UHGV virus genome: UHGV-1793687
DNA from: a virus
DNA length: 11,083 nucleotides
Direction: 5' to 3' (one strand)
Positions 1 to 8,276 of this stretch are shown here, piece after piece. Position numbers and translations under genes: made by a program. The notes under the pieces were generated by a model. The model did not search any database. It worked only from the letters and a program-made list of their open reading frames with translations, and was not told the origin of the DNA. The first letter of the stretch is position 1. Each line of letters opens with the position of its first letter.

Positions 1-111
1 AAGTGATGCCATCACAAAAGCCATTCCCTACAGAGTGGCTTTGATAATGGCTTATACCCTACACGGGATAACTTAACTGATATCCCTTTTAACGGATAAA
101 CGGAGCCAATA

Positions 112-609
112 ATGGCAAAGCTCACAGACAAACAAGAGCTGTTTGCCCATCCGGATGATGTGTATGTCGGAGAGTGTGTGATTTATACCGGCTACATAAA
201 TAAGCGAGGGTATGGGCAGAAGCACATTTCACGAAAGCCGCACTACGCACATCGAATCGCATACTGCGAAGCTAACGGAATTTCGCTAGATAGCATCAAG
301 GACCTGGTTGTTAGGCATAAATGTGATAATCCATCATGCGTGAATCCTGACCATCTGATTATAGGTACTGTCGCTGACAATAATCGTGACAGGTCAAGGC
401 GAGGCAGAAACTCATACCCTGACCGTTCAGGTGAAAAGAACGGAATGGCGAAATTAAAAGAGTGCGATGTCATCTGCATTCGACGTGAATATGTCCGCGG
501 GAGCATTGGTAGGGGGCTTAGATCCTTATCAGAGAAATATGGCGTATCGACGACCATGATTGCTGACATCGTTAATTATAGAAATTGGAGCAACGTTTCG
601 GGGGTGTGA
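112..609 (+). CDS. HNH homing-type endonuclease (HNH_3-like), probably terminase-associated
   Basis: 165-aa ORF with ATG at 112 and GGAG about 8 nt upstream. Translation has an HNH-like core (…VRHKCDNPSCVNPDHLIIGT…NNRDR…) with conserved His/Asn/His spacing, plus a C-terminal basic helix-turn-helix-like segment. Sits directly upstream of the terminase small subunit. Confidence 0.85.
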   Translation: MAKLTDKQELFAHPDDVYVGECVIYTGYINKRGYGQKHISRKPHYAHRIAYCEANGISLDSIKDLVVRHKCDNPSCVNPDHLIIGTVADNNRDRSRRGRNSYPDRSGEKNGMAKLKECDVICIRREYVRGSIGRGLRSLSEKYGVSTTMIADIVNYRNWSNVSGV

Positions 610-610
610 T

Positions 611-1165
611 TTGAAACAGCTCACACCTAAGCAGGAACTGTTCTGCCGGGAATATTTAAAAGATTTAAACGCCACTCAGGCAGCTATCAGGGCGGGTTAC
701 AGCGAGAAAACTGCTCGCGCCACTGGTAGCGAGAACCTGTCAAAACCTGACATAGCAGATCGCATTGCTGAGCTAAAGGCTGAACGCAATGAAGAGGTAG
801 GTATAGACGCTGCCTATGTATTGCGACGGCTGACTGAAATCGATCAGATGGACGTGCTTGACATTCTGCTTGCCAATGGCGAACTGAAGCCCATTAAAGA
901 CTGGCCTAAGGTATGGCGCACAACGCTATCAGGAATGGATGTCGTCGAGATGGCATCAGCAGATAGCGCCGCACTTCTGAAGAAAATCAAATGGCCTGAC
1001 AAGGTTAAAAACCTCGAACTTCTTGGTAAGCATGTTTCTGTTCAGGCGTTTAAAGAGCAAACATCTACAGAAATAACTGGCGCTGATGGAGGACCAGTCA
1101 GAACAGAAATTACCAACTTAACGCCGGAGCAGGCTGCAGAGGCGTATAGAAAAATGATGGGCTAA
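611..1165 (+). CDS. terS: Terminase small subunit (Terminase_2-like)
   Basis: The track ORF begins at TTG 560, but the frame has no ATG until far inside. TTG at 611 sits 1 nt after the HNH stop (607-609) with GGGGTG upstream and gives [31 protein letters not shown]…, a typical small-terminase N-terminus. Stop at 1163-1165 is 2 nt before the large subunit ATG. The start codon is uncertain (560 or 611). Confidence 0.8.
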   Translation: MKQLTPKQELFCREYLKDLNATQAAIRAGYSEKTARATGSENLSKPDIADRIAELKAERNEEVGIDAAYVLRRLTEIDQMDVLDILLANGELKPIKDWPKVWRTTLSGMDVVEMASADSAALLKKIKWPDKVKNLELLGKHVSVQAFKEQTSTEITGADGGPVRTEITNLTPEQAAEAYRKMMG

Positions 1166-1167
1166 GT

Positions 1168-2790
1168 ATGCCGTTACCATTCCCCTTCGATTTTAAACAT
1201 CCTGATTACCAGATGGTTTTTGAATGGCGGATGGAACGCCTACAGCGCATTCGCCAGAATCCTGAAATATTGCCTGCACTAAAACAGTTTTACCGAACCA
1301 ATCCGGCTCAGTTCATCATCGACTGGGGCATGACAACGGACCCGCGTAATATTGATTATGGCCTGCCGGTGACCATTCCGTTTTTACTCTTCCCTAAGCA
1401 GGAGGAGTGGATCCACTGGATTATGGAACGCTGGAGCAATCGGGAGAATGGTATTACCGAAAAATCCCGTGAAATGGGGCTCAGTTGGACCGCGATCGGA
1501 ATGGCATGCTCGCTTTGTCTCTTCAACAAAGAAATGGTTATCGGTTTCGGCTCCCGTAAAGAGGAATACGTCGACAGCACTGGTGACCCGAAAGCATTGT
1601 TCTGGAAGGCACGCAAGTTCGTGGAAACGCTACCTGTAGAGTTTCGCGGTTCGTGGAGCGAGAAGAAGCACGCGCCATATATGCGTGTTGAGTTTCCCGA
1701 TACTGGTGCCGTTATCAAAGGCGAGGCTGGCGACAATATCGGTCGTGGTGACCGTACCACGCTCTACCTGGTGGATGAGGCTGCATTCCTCCAGCGTCCT
1801 CTGCTGATTGATGCGGCGCTGTCGCAAACCACCCGCTGCCGTATCGACCTGAGTTCGGTTAACGGCATGGCGAACCCGTTCGCGCAGAAGCGTCACGGCG
1901 GGAAGATACCGGTATTCACATTCCACTGGCGGGATGATCCTCGCAAGGATGAAGAGTGGTATCGCAGGGAATGCGAGAAAATCGATAATCCGGTGGTGGT
2001 GGCGCAGGAGCTTGACCTGAACTACAGCGCATCTGCGGAAGGCGTCCTGATCCCGTCCGACTGGGTACAGGCTGCCGTCGACGCGCATATCAAGCTGGGC
2101 ATCCAGCCAACGGGCAAACGCCTGGGCGCGATGGACGTCGCCGACGAAGGCCGGGACAAAAACGCCTTTTCGACCCGTCACGGCTTCTTCCTGGAGAACG
2201 TGCGGGAATGGTCCGGCGTGGGCAGCGACATTTACCAGTCCGTTGAGAAGGTCTTCGGCTTTTGCGAACAGGACAACCTCGAAGAGTTTCGCTTCGACGA
2301 GGACGGTCTGGGCGCTGGCGTTCGCGGCGATGCACGCGCTATCAACGAACTGCGTAACGCTGCGCGCCGACCGTCAATACTCGCCACACCGTTTCGAGGT
2401 AGTGGCGCGGTATTTGATCCGGATGATGAAGCTGTTCGCGGGGACAACGGGCAAGCCGCCCGCCTGAACAAGGACTTCTTCGCTAACGCCAAGGCCCAGA
2501 GCTGGTGGCGTTTACGCAAGCTTTTCCAGAATACTTATCGCGCCGTGGTTGAGGGCATGGCCTACAACCCGGACGAAATCATCTCAATCAGCAGCGCCAT
2601 GGCGAGCAAAGACAAACTCATCATCGAGCTGTCGCAGCCGACCTACTCCATTAACGGCGTGGGGAAAATCGTTGTTGATAAACAGCCTGACGGCACCAAG
2701 TCGCCGAACCTCGCCGACTCGGTGATGATCAGCTACGCGCCAATGAATTCAGCCCTGAACATCTGGGAGCTGCTAGGGAGACAGGCCTGA
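1168..2790 (+). CDS. terL: Terminase large subunit
   Basis: 540-aa ORF immediately after terS. Contains a Walker-B-like hydrophobic run ending in DE ([11 protein letters not shown]) and an acidic C-terminal nuclease-like half. Its TGA stop overlaps the portal ATG (…cTGATGg…). Confidence 0.9.
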   Translation: MPLPFPFDFKHPDYQMVFEWRMERLQRIRQNPEILPALKQFYRTNPAQFIIDWGMTTDPRNIDYGLPVTIPFLLFPKQEEWIHWIMERWSNRENGITEKSREMGLSWTAIGMACSLCLFNKEMVIGFGSRKEEYVDSTGDPKALFWKARKFVETLPVEFRGSWSEKKHAPYMRVEFPDTGAVIKGEAGDNIGRGDRTTLYLVDEAAFLQRPLLIDAALSQTTRCRIDLSSVNGMANPFAQKRHGGKIPVFTFHWRDDPRKDEEWYRRECEKIDNPVVVAQELDLNYSASAEGVLIPSDWVQAAVDAHIKLGIQPTGKRLGAMDVADEGRDKNAFSTRHGFFLENVREWSGVGSDIYQSVEKVFGFCEQDNLEEFRFDEDGLGAGVRGDARAINELRNAARRPSILATPFRGSGAVFDPDDEAVRGDNGQAARLNKDFFANAKAQSWWRLRKLFQNTYRAVVEGMAYNPDEIISISSAMASKDKLIIELSQPTYSINGVGKIVVDKQPDGTKSPNLADSVMISYAPMNSALNIWELLGRQA

Positions 2791-4259
2791 TGGCACGAAA
2801 CAAGCAAGCCTCTCAGCGAACGGCGCAGGCCACCGCTGATGGCTACGAGAACTTTGTCGCCCGCGTGGGGATGCAGACGCCTAACCAGCATTCAGCATCG
2901 ACCTACCGGGCGAACTTCACCAGCCGCAACCGCATGCTGGTGGAATGGTCCTATCGTTCGTCCTGGATCATCGGCGAAGCGGTCGACGCTATCCCGGATG
3001 ATATGACCCGCAAAGGCATTCGCATTACTTCGGAAATTGATGCAAAAGATCGCGGCATTCTCGAATCACAACTTGATGAGTTGCAGATCTGGGATGCGCT
3101 GAACGACGTGCTGAAATGGTCTCGCCTCTACGGCGGCGCGGTCGGCTTCATCATGATCGAGGGGCAGGCACCAATGACCCCGCTGCGGCTCGAAACCATT
3201 GGAGAAGGCAAGTTTAAGGGCATTCTCCCGCTCGACCGCTGGATGATTAACCCGGTGCTGACCCGCCGCATTAAAGAGATGGGGCCGGATCTCGGCAAAC
3301 CTGAGTTTTACGACGTGGTGACCACTGCAACGGGCATCCCGGCCTGGCGCATCCATCACAGCCGCCTGATTCGCTTCGATGGCGTCACGCTGCCATTCCA
3401 GCAGAAGATGACCGAAAACGAATGGGGAATGTCGGTTGTAGAGCGTATCTGGGATCGGCTTACTGCGTTCGACAGCGCCACTGTCGGCGCGGCTCAGCTG
3501 GTCTACAAAGCGCATCTGCGCACCTACAGCGTGGAGAAGCTGCGCGAGCTTATCGCGCTTGGAGGCCCGGCGTTCGAAGCGCTGCTGAAGAACATCGACC
3601 TGATCCGCCAGTTCCAGAGCAATGAAGGCATGACGCTTATGGACTCGCGGGATAAGTTCGAAACCCACCAGTACAGCTTTAGTGGTCTGGATGACATTCT
3701 TTCGCAGTTTGCTGAGCAGATCAGCGGTGCCGTTGGTATCCCGCTGGTACGCCTGTTCGGTCAATCCCCGAAAGGCTTCTCTACTGGTGATGCAGACCTC
3801 GCCAACTATTACGACCGGGTGAGCTCATTGCAGGAGCGCCGCTTACGGCTGCCGATGCGCCGGATACTGGACATTATGCACCGCTCGGAACTAGGTAAGC
3901 CGCTGCCGGACGATTTCACGTTTGAGTTTAACCCGCTATGGCAAATGTCTGACGTTGACCGCTCAACGGTGGCCGTAAACACCACCACTGCGATCAGCAC
4001 CGCGCTGGCTGATGGATTGATGACGCGTAAGGCGGCAATGACCGACCTGCGCGAAAACTCTGACGTCACTGGTATCGGAGCATCCATTACCGACGAGGAT
4101 ATCGAGAATGCCGAAGACGAAGCGCCGCCAGGCATCGGCGAACTTGGCGACAAACCGCCAGAGTCGCCAGGCGGAGATCCGATATCGAACGAGCCTACGG
4201 CAGATAGCGCGGGCGGTCGGGGATATCGTAAATGGGCGCTACGATGGTTCAAACGATAG
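2790..4259 (+). CDS. Portal protein (DUF1073 / HI1409-like phage portal family)
   Basis: 489-aa ORF whose start overlaps the terL stop by 1 nt. Size and position after terL fit a portal, and the N-terminal sequence resembles DUF1073-type portals as I recall them. The C-terminus is an acidic, Pro/Gly-rich, probably disordered tail. Confidence 0.8.
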   Translation: MARNKQASQRTAQATADGYENFVARVGMQTPNQHSASTYRANFTSRNRMLVEWSYRSSWIIGEAVDAIPDDMTRKGIRITSEIDAKDRGILESQLDELQIWDALNDVLKWSRLYGGAVGFIMIEGQAPMTPLRLETIGEGKFKGILPLDRWMINPVLTRRIKEMGPDLGKPEFYDVVTTATGIPAWRIHHSRLIRFDGVTLPFQQKMTENEWGMSVVERIWDRLTAFDSATVGAAQLVYKAHLRTYSVEKLRELIALGGPAFEALLKNIDLIRQFQSNEGMTLMDSRDKFETHQYSFSGLDDILSQFAEQISGAVGIPLVRLFGQSPKGFSTGDADLANYYDRVSSLQERRLRLPMRRILDIMHRSELGKPLPDDFTFEFNPLWQMSDVDRSTVAVNTTTAISTALADGLMTRKAAMTDLRENSDVTGIGASITDEDIENAEDEAPPGIGELGDKPPESPGGDPISNEPTADSAGGRGYRKWALRWFKR

Positions 4260-4881
4260 CGTCACCGAAATCATGGATGCGCTGGAGCGCTACAGCGAAA
4301 TCATCACCCCCTGGGCGACGAAGGTAGCTGAGAACTTCACCGCAGACATAGCGCGCCAGAATGAAAAGCAGTGGCGTCAACACAGCCGGAACATCAGCGC
4401 AGAGCTGCGCAACATGGTTGACCGCGCCCCGGTAGGCCAGGTGATGAAATCCATCGTCGCCGAGCAAATTAAGTACATCAAATCTCTGCCTCTTGAGGCC
4501 GCCGATCGGGTGTATGACATTCAGAACAAGGCCATCGAGGCTGTAGTAACTGGTGGCCGCGCTGAGCCATTCGCGAAAGAGATAGCTGCTTCCGGTGACG
4601 TGTCACGCTCACGAGCGAACCTTATCGCCCGGACTGAGCTTGGGCGCGCAACCGGTGCACTGGATCAGGCGCGTGCGCTGTCAATCGGCTCGAATGGTTA
4701 TATCTGGCGTACAGCCGAAGATGGCGACGTCCGGCATTCTCATCGAGAGATGGAAGGGAAGTTTGTCGAATGGGGCAAACCTCCAACGCTTGACGGCATG
4801 ACCGGTCACGCTGGCGAGCTCCCGAACTGCCGCTGTTACAAAGAGATCGTCTTCCCCAACCCTCATTCTTATCTCGCCTGA
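4108..4881 (+). CDS. Head morphogenesis protein, Phage_Mu_F / SPP1 gp7-like
   Basis: 257-aa ORF in the +1 frame relative to the portal. The C-terminal region (…ARTELGRATGALDQARALSIGSNGYIWRTAEDGDVRHSHREMEGKFVEW…) matches the Mu-F minor head protein motif. ATG 4108 has GAGGAT about 8 nt upstream but overlaps the portal 3' end by 152 nt; an alternative in-frame ATG at 4273 has a weak RBS. Confidence 0.75.
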   Translation: MPKTKRRQASANLATNRQSRQAEIRYRTSLRQIARAVGDIVNGRYDGSNDSVTEIMDALERYSEIITPWATKVAENFTADIARQNEKQWRQHSRNISAELRNMVDRAPVGQVMKSIVAEQIKYIKSLPLEAADRVYDIQNKAIEAVVTGGRAEPFAKEIAASGDVSRSRANLIARTELGRATGALDQARALSIGSNGYIWRTAEDGDVRHSHREMEGKFVEWGKPPTLDGMTGHAGELPNCRCYKEIVFPNPHSYLA

Positions 4882-4895
4882 ATCGCAGGTAAACC

Positions 4896-6116
4896 ATGAA
4901 ATATTTTTTCAATACCCGACTGGGGGAAACCCGCTATCAGCTTGCTGACGGCTCGTTGCTGTGCAGAGACGTGCCGATAGGACGAACAGGTAAGCAGCTC
5001 TATGGTGCTGATGACCTGCCAAAACTGAAACCCGACAAGCTCGGTGAGATAGTCGTCACGCGCTCTCCTGAGCAGGTATTCCATCCCGCCACACTTGCCT
5101 CATTCGAAGGAATGAGTATCACGGTGTTGCATCCCGAGGATGAAAACGGGGATGTGCGGCTGGTGAATCCAGAGAACTGGAAAGAGCTTGCTGTCGGGCA
5201 TCTTCAGAATGTGCGGCGCGGGACTGGTGACCAGTCTGATTTGATGCTGGCTGACCTTATCGTCAAAGACGAAAACGCTATTCAGCTTATCGAAGATGGC
5301 CTGCGTGAAGTGTCGTGCGGCTATGACGCGGAGTACGAGCAGACCGAGCCCGGAAAAGCCGAGCAGGTCGATATTACCGGAAACCATGTGGCTCTTGTCC
5401 CTAAAGGCAGAGCCGGAAATCGTTGTGCAATTGGAGACAGAGACACAATGGCAAATCAAAAGAAAAGCTGGTGGACCCGCATGCGCACGGCCATCAAAAC
5501 GGGTGACGCTGACACCATGAACGAACTGCTGGACTCTGCGCCAGCGGCGGTAACGGGTGATGAAGGGGATCTGCCGAGCGGCGTTAACCTCAACATTAAC
5601 CTTTCACCGCAGCAACCATTGCCGGACAAAAAGCCGGAAATGGGCGGAGAGCCAACCGGCGACGGCGAGGACGATATCAAAACCTTGCTCAAAGCCCTGC
5701 TGGCTAAGCTGGAAGGAAATGCGACGGGCGATAACGACAATAAGCCTGACGATAATCCGACCGGTGACGGCGAGGACGATGAAGAGGAAACCACGATTAC
5801 TGGTGACTCAGCCTGGCGTGCCGAGGTTATCGTCCCAGGTATCGATCTGAGCCGTAAGGTGAAACCGACCGCGTTCAAACGTGATGTGCTGGCTTCCGCT
5901 GACAAAACGCTGGTTCGCCAGATAGTCGGCGATGCGGATATCCGCAAATTGCCGAAACAATCGGTCAACATGGCGTTTAATGCCGTGTCAGAGATTGCCA
6001 AAGGGCGAAACACCCGCAGCACCACGGGCGATGCACAACGTCCAAATATGGGCATGACCAGCATCGCTTCCCTGAACAAACAAAACGCCGACTTCTGGTC
6101 TAACCGCAAAGGATAA
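4896..6116 (+). CDS. Putative capsid scaffold / maturation protease-like protein (DUF2213-like) with acidic repetitive C-terminal region
   Basis: 406-aa ORF with ATG 4896 and AGGT upstream. The N-terminal ~190 aa is globular; the C-terminal half is low-complexity and acidic, with repeated TGD and PTGDGEDD motifs. It sits between the Mu-F-like gene and the capsid gene, where a scaffold or protease is expected. Confidence 0.7.
   Translation: MKYFFNTRLGETRYQLADGSLLCRDVPIGRTGKQLYGADDLPKLKPDKLGEIVVTRSPEQVFHPATLASFEGMSITVLHPEDENGDVRLVNPENWKELAVGHLQNVRRGTGDQSDLMLADLIVKDENAIQLIEDGLREVSCGYDAEYEQTEPGKAEQVDITGNHVALVPKGRAGNRCAIGDRDTMANQKKSWWTRMRTAIKTGDADTMNELLDSAPAAVTGDEGDLPSGVNLNINLSPQQPLPDKKPEMGGEPTGDGEDDIKTLLKALLAKLEGNATGDNDNKPDDNPTGDGEDDEEETTITGDSAWRAEVIVPGIDLSRKVKPTAFKRDVLASADKTLVRQIVGDADIRKLPKQSVNMAFNAVSEIAKGRNTRSTTGDAQRPNMGMTSIASLNKQNADFWSNRKG
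5652..5780 (+). repeat. Imperfect direct repeat inside the scaffold-like CDS (two ~24-nt copies encoding PTGDGEDD)
   Basis: ccaaccggcgacggcgaggacgat at 5652-5675 and ccgaccggtgacggcgaggacgat at 5757-5780 match at 22 of 24 positions and are 105 nt apart, in frame. Confidence 0.6.
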
Positions 6117-6120
6117 TCCA

Positions 6121-6624
6121 ATGACTGCATATCTGTACCGGATGCCTGTTGGCATTGCCGGGGCTATCTCTCGCCCGCAGGACTTAACCGTCGAACCGGT
6201 GGTCCTTAAATCCGATAACGCCTTTGCTGCCTATGGGCTGGCTGGTAAATACGATGATGACGGTTTTTTCGTGCCGCTGGAGGACGGTGACACCGCCGAC
6301 AAGGTGAAGGGGATCTACGTTCGTCCGTATCCGACCACATCGCAGCCAGACATGGTTCGCCAGGTGGGGACGGATAAGAATTTCCCGGGCGACGCCATGA
6401 AACGTGGCTACATGACCGTTAACCTTGGATCTGGCTTCGATGCCAGCACCATCAAAAAAGGTGATCCTGTCTACGTGGTCGTTTCGCTCGATTCAACCAT
6501 TGACGTGCCGCTGGGCGGCTTCATGTCCACGTCCGTCAGTGGCAAAAACGTGGCGCTGACCAACGCCGAATTCACAGGGGCCGGTGACGCTAACGGCAAT
6601 GCAGAAATCTCCTGGAAGATTTAA
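6121..6624 (+). CDS. Hypothetical phage structural protein (position suggests head decoration or accessory capsid protein)
   Basis: 167-aa ORF with ATG 6121 and AAAGGA 7 nt upstream. It is tightly coupled between the scaffold-like gene and the major capsid gene. I do not recognise a family from the sequence. Confidence 0.65.
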   Translation: MTAYLYRMPVGIAGAISRPQDLTVEPVVLKSDNAFAAYGLAGKYDDDGFFVPLEDGDTADKVKGIYVRPYPTTSQPDMVRQVGTDKNFPGDAMKRGYMTVNLGSGFDASTIKKGDPVYVVVSLDSTIDVPLGGFMSTSVSGKNVALTNAEFTGAGDANGNAEISWKI

Positions 6625-6635
6625 GGAACAGACGA

Positions 6636-7577
6636 ATGATTACTTTTGATCAGGCAACCGTTGATAGCTCTGGTGCCTTTCTCATCGGGGAGCTGGAGCG
6701 ACTCGACCAGACGCTGAACCTGCCGCTGGTGGGTTACACCTGGACCCGCGATATTCAGTTGCGTGAAGACGTTTCTATCGCAGATGACATTTCCAGCTGG
6801 ACTAACACCAGCTTTGGCGCTGCGGGTACTGGCGCAAATCCGAACGGTAAAAACTGGGTAGGCAAAGACTCAACCGCTATTGCTGGCGTGAACGTGGATA
6901 TCGGCAAATCCGGTAACCCGCTGAACCTGTGGGGGATGGAACTTGGCTGGACCGTTGTAGAGCTGGCAGCAGCTCAGCAGGTAGGTCGCCCGATTGACAC
7001 CCAGAAGTACGACGGGATGCAGCTCAAATGGCAGATGGACAACGACGAGCAGGTGTATGTTGGCGATTCCGCATTAAACCTGAAAGGCCTTGTTACCCTG
7101 AACGGTGTTCCTGTCAACAACGCTGCCAAAACGTGGGCAACCTCAACACCGGACGAAATCCGCGCAAGCATTAACCAGGTGCTGTCTGATGCGTGGGCCG
7201 CTTCTGGTTACTCTGTGGTTCCGCGTGATTTGCTGATCCCGCCAGAGCAGTTTGCTCTGTTGTCCAGCATCATCGTTTCATCTGCGGGTAACCAGTCCCT
7301 GTTGACGTACCTTCAGACTAACACCATCAGCTATCACCAGAACGGTGTTCCGCTGAATATCCGCGCGGTTAAATGGCTGAAAGGCCGTGGTGTGGGGAAT
7401 AAGGATCGCATGGTTGCGTACACCAACGATAAAAAATACGTCCGCTATCCGCTGGTGCCGTTGCAGAGCGTTCCTATCCAGTATCGCGGTCTGTACCAGA
7501 TTGCGACCTACTACGGCAAGCTCGGTGCGGTTGAGCCAGTGTACAAAGAAACCCTGTCCTACGTGGACGGTATCTGA
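6636..7577 (+). CDS. Major capsid protein (DUF2184-like, HK97-fold predicted)
   Basis: 313-aa ORF with ATG 6636 and AAGGA overlapping the upstream stop. Size, position after the scaffold-like gene, and a strong hairpin immediately downstream fit a highly expressed capsid gene. The family call is from memory of DUF2184-type capsid proteins. Confidence 0.7.
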   Translation: MITFDQATVDSSGAFLIGELERLDQTLNLPLVGYTWTRDIQLREDVSIADDISSWTNTSFGAAGTGANPNGKNWVGKDSTAIAGVNVDIGKSGNPLNLWGMELGWTVVELAAAQQVGRPIDTQKYDGMQLKWQMDNDEQVYVGDSALNLKGLVTLNGVPVNNAAKTWATSTPDEIRASINQVLSDAWAASGYSVVPRDLLIPPEQFALLSSIIVSSAGNQSLLTYLQTNTISYHQNGVPLNIRAVKWLKGRGVGNKDRMVAYTNDKKYVRYPLVPLQSVPIQYRGLYQIATYYGKLGAVEPVYKETLSYVDGI

Positions 7578-7587
7578 TAACCAGAAC

Positions 7588-7603
7588 GGCCCCGAAAGGG
7601 GCC
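7588..7603 (+). terminator. GC-rich stem-loop (GGCCCC-GAAA-GGGGCC) 3' of the capsid gene; likely mRNA-stabilising or partial terminator hairpin
   Basis: Perfect 6-bp G/C stem with a GNRA (GAAA) tetraloop, 11 nt after the capsid stop. No U-tract follows; an AAGGA RBS and the next ATG (7619) come directly after. Confidence 0.4.
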
Positions 7604-7618
7604 AGAAGGAAACTGAAA

Positions 7619-7903
7619 ATGGCAAAAGAAAAGCTGGTTACCATCCATGTTCACACCCCGTTTACGCTGACGCTCGGCGATCAGTCAAAACAGGAGTTTG
7701 GCCGGGGACGGCATAACGTGCCGGAAGAGGTCGCGTCTCACTGGTTCACCCAGGCGCACTCTGAGCTTTCCGAAAGCGTGATTAGCGACACCAATGATCT
7801 GCAACCCGTTATCGACAGCCTGCAAGCGCAGATTGCTGCCGCCCAGACTGGCGGTAATGGGGCGAAAGATGCCAAAGAATCAAAGTCTGCCAGCGGTAAG
7901 TGA
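7619..7903 (+). CDS. Hypothetical small phage protein (94 aa)
   Basis: ATG 7619 with AAGGAA about 8 nt upstream, directly after the hairpin. The C-terminus is low-complexity and Lys/Ala-rich (…[25 protein letters not shown]). No family recognised. Confidence 0.55.
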   Translation: MAKEKLVTIHVHTPFTLTLGDQSKQEFGRGRHNVPEEVASHWFTQAHSELSESVISDTNDLQPVIDSLQAQIAAAQTGGNGAKDAKESKSASGK

Positions 7904-8276
7904 TTTTCGCCGCGACTTCCCGCAGTTTGCTGACCCTGCCAAATATCCCGAAGCGCAAATCCAGTTTCGTCTGAATCTGGCCGATGTGCTGCTGAGCGAA
8001 AACGTCACCGGCAAAGAGTTGTTTCCGTATTTTGCCGAGTTGTTCGTGGCTCACTACATGACGCTATGGGCGGCAGATAGCCGGGCAATGCTGGTTGGCG
8101 GCCCGGGCGGTTCAACCAATGGTGTTCAATCCTCCAAGTCCGTTGACAAGGTAAGCGTCAGCTATGACACCAGCGCGACGCTAAACCCTGACGCAGGCTT
8201 CTGGAATAACACCCGATATGGCGCTGAATTTTATCAGCTGATCACGATGTTCGGTGCGGGCGGTCGCCAGCTATGA
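7869..8276 (+). CDS. Hypothetical phage protein, DUF4054-like (putative head–tail connector component)
   Basis: The track ORF runs 7794-8276. In-frame ATGs at 7857 and 7869 both overlap the 3' end of the previous ORF. The …[55 protein letters not shown]… region resembles DUF4054 proteins found next to capsid genes. Start is uncertain. Confidence 0.6.
   Translation: MPKNQSLPAVSDFRRDFPQFADPAKYPEAQIQFRLNLADVLLSENVTGKELFPYFAELFVAHYMTLWAADSRAMLVGGPGGSTNGVQSSKSVDKVSVSYDTSATLNPDAGFWNNTRYGAEFYQLITMFGAGGRQL

Noticed and set aside
1630-2519. Several minus-strand and alternate-frame ORFs (1630-2181, 2090-2335, 2232-2519 on the minus strand; 2243-2467 on the plus strand) inside terL
   Set aside because: All are nested in the terminase large subunit coding region. 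Their Arg/Pro-rich translations and lack of ribosome-binding sites indicate spurious ORFs from high GC content.
3066-3764. 232-aa minus-strand ORF antisense to the portal gene
   Set aside because: It lies entirely inside a well-supported + strand gene in a GC-rich region, where long antisense ORFs arise by chance. It has no obvious RBS and an Arg/Ala-rich composition typical of such artefacts.
5456-6130. 224-aa minus-strand ORF antisense to the scaffold-like gene
   Set aside because: Its Ser/Pro-rich low-complexity translation is the mirror image of the GD-rich repeat region on the + strand. It is most likely an artefact of the repeat composition.
7850-7903. Possible programmed frameshift fusing the 94-aa ORF to the DUF4054-like ORF
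   Set aside because: I found no clear slippery heptamer (X XXY YYZ) or downstream structure by eye in the overlap. Independent initiation at ATG 7857 or 7869 is the simpler explanation. Noted only as something to exclude.
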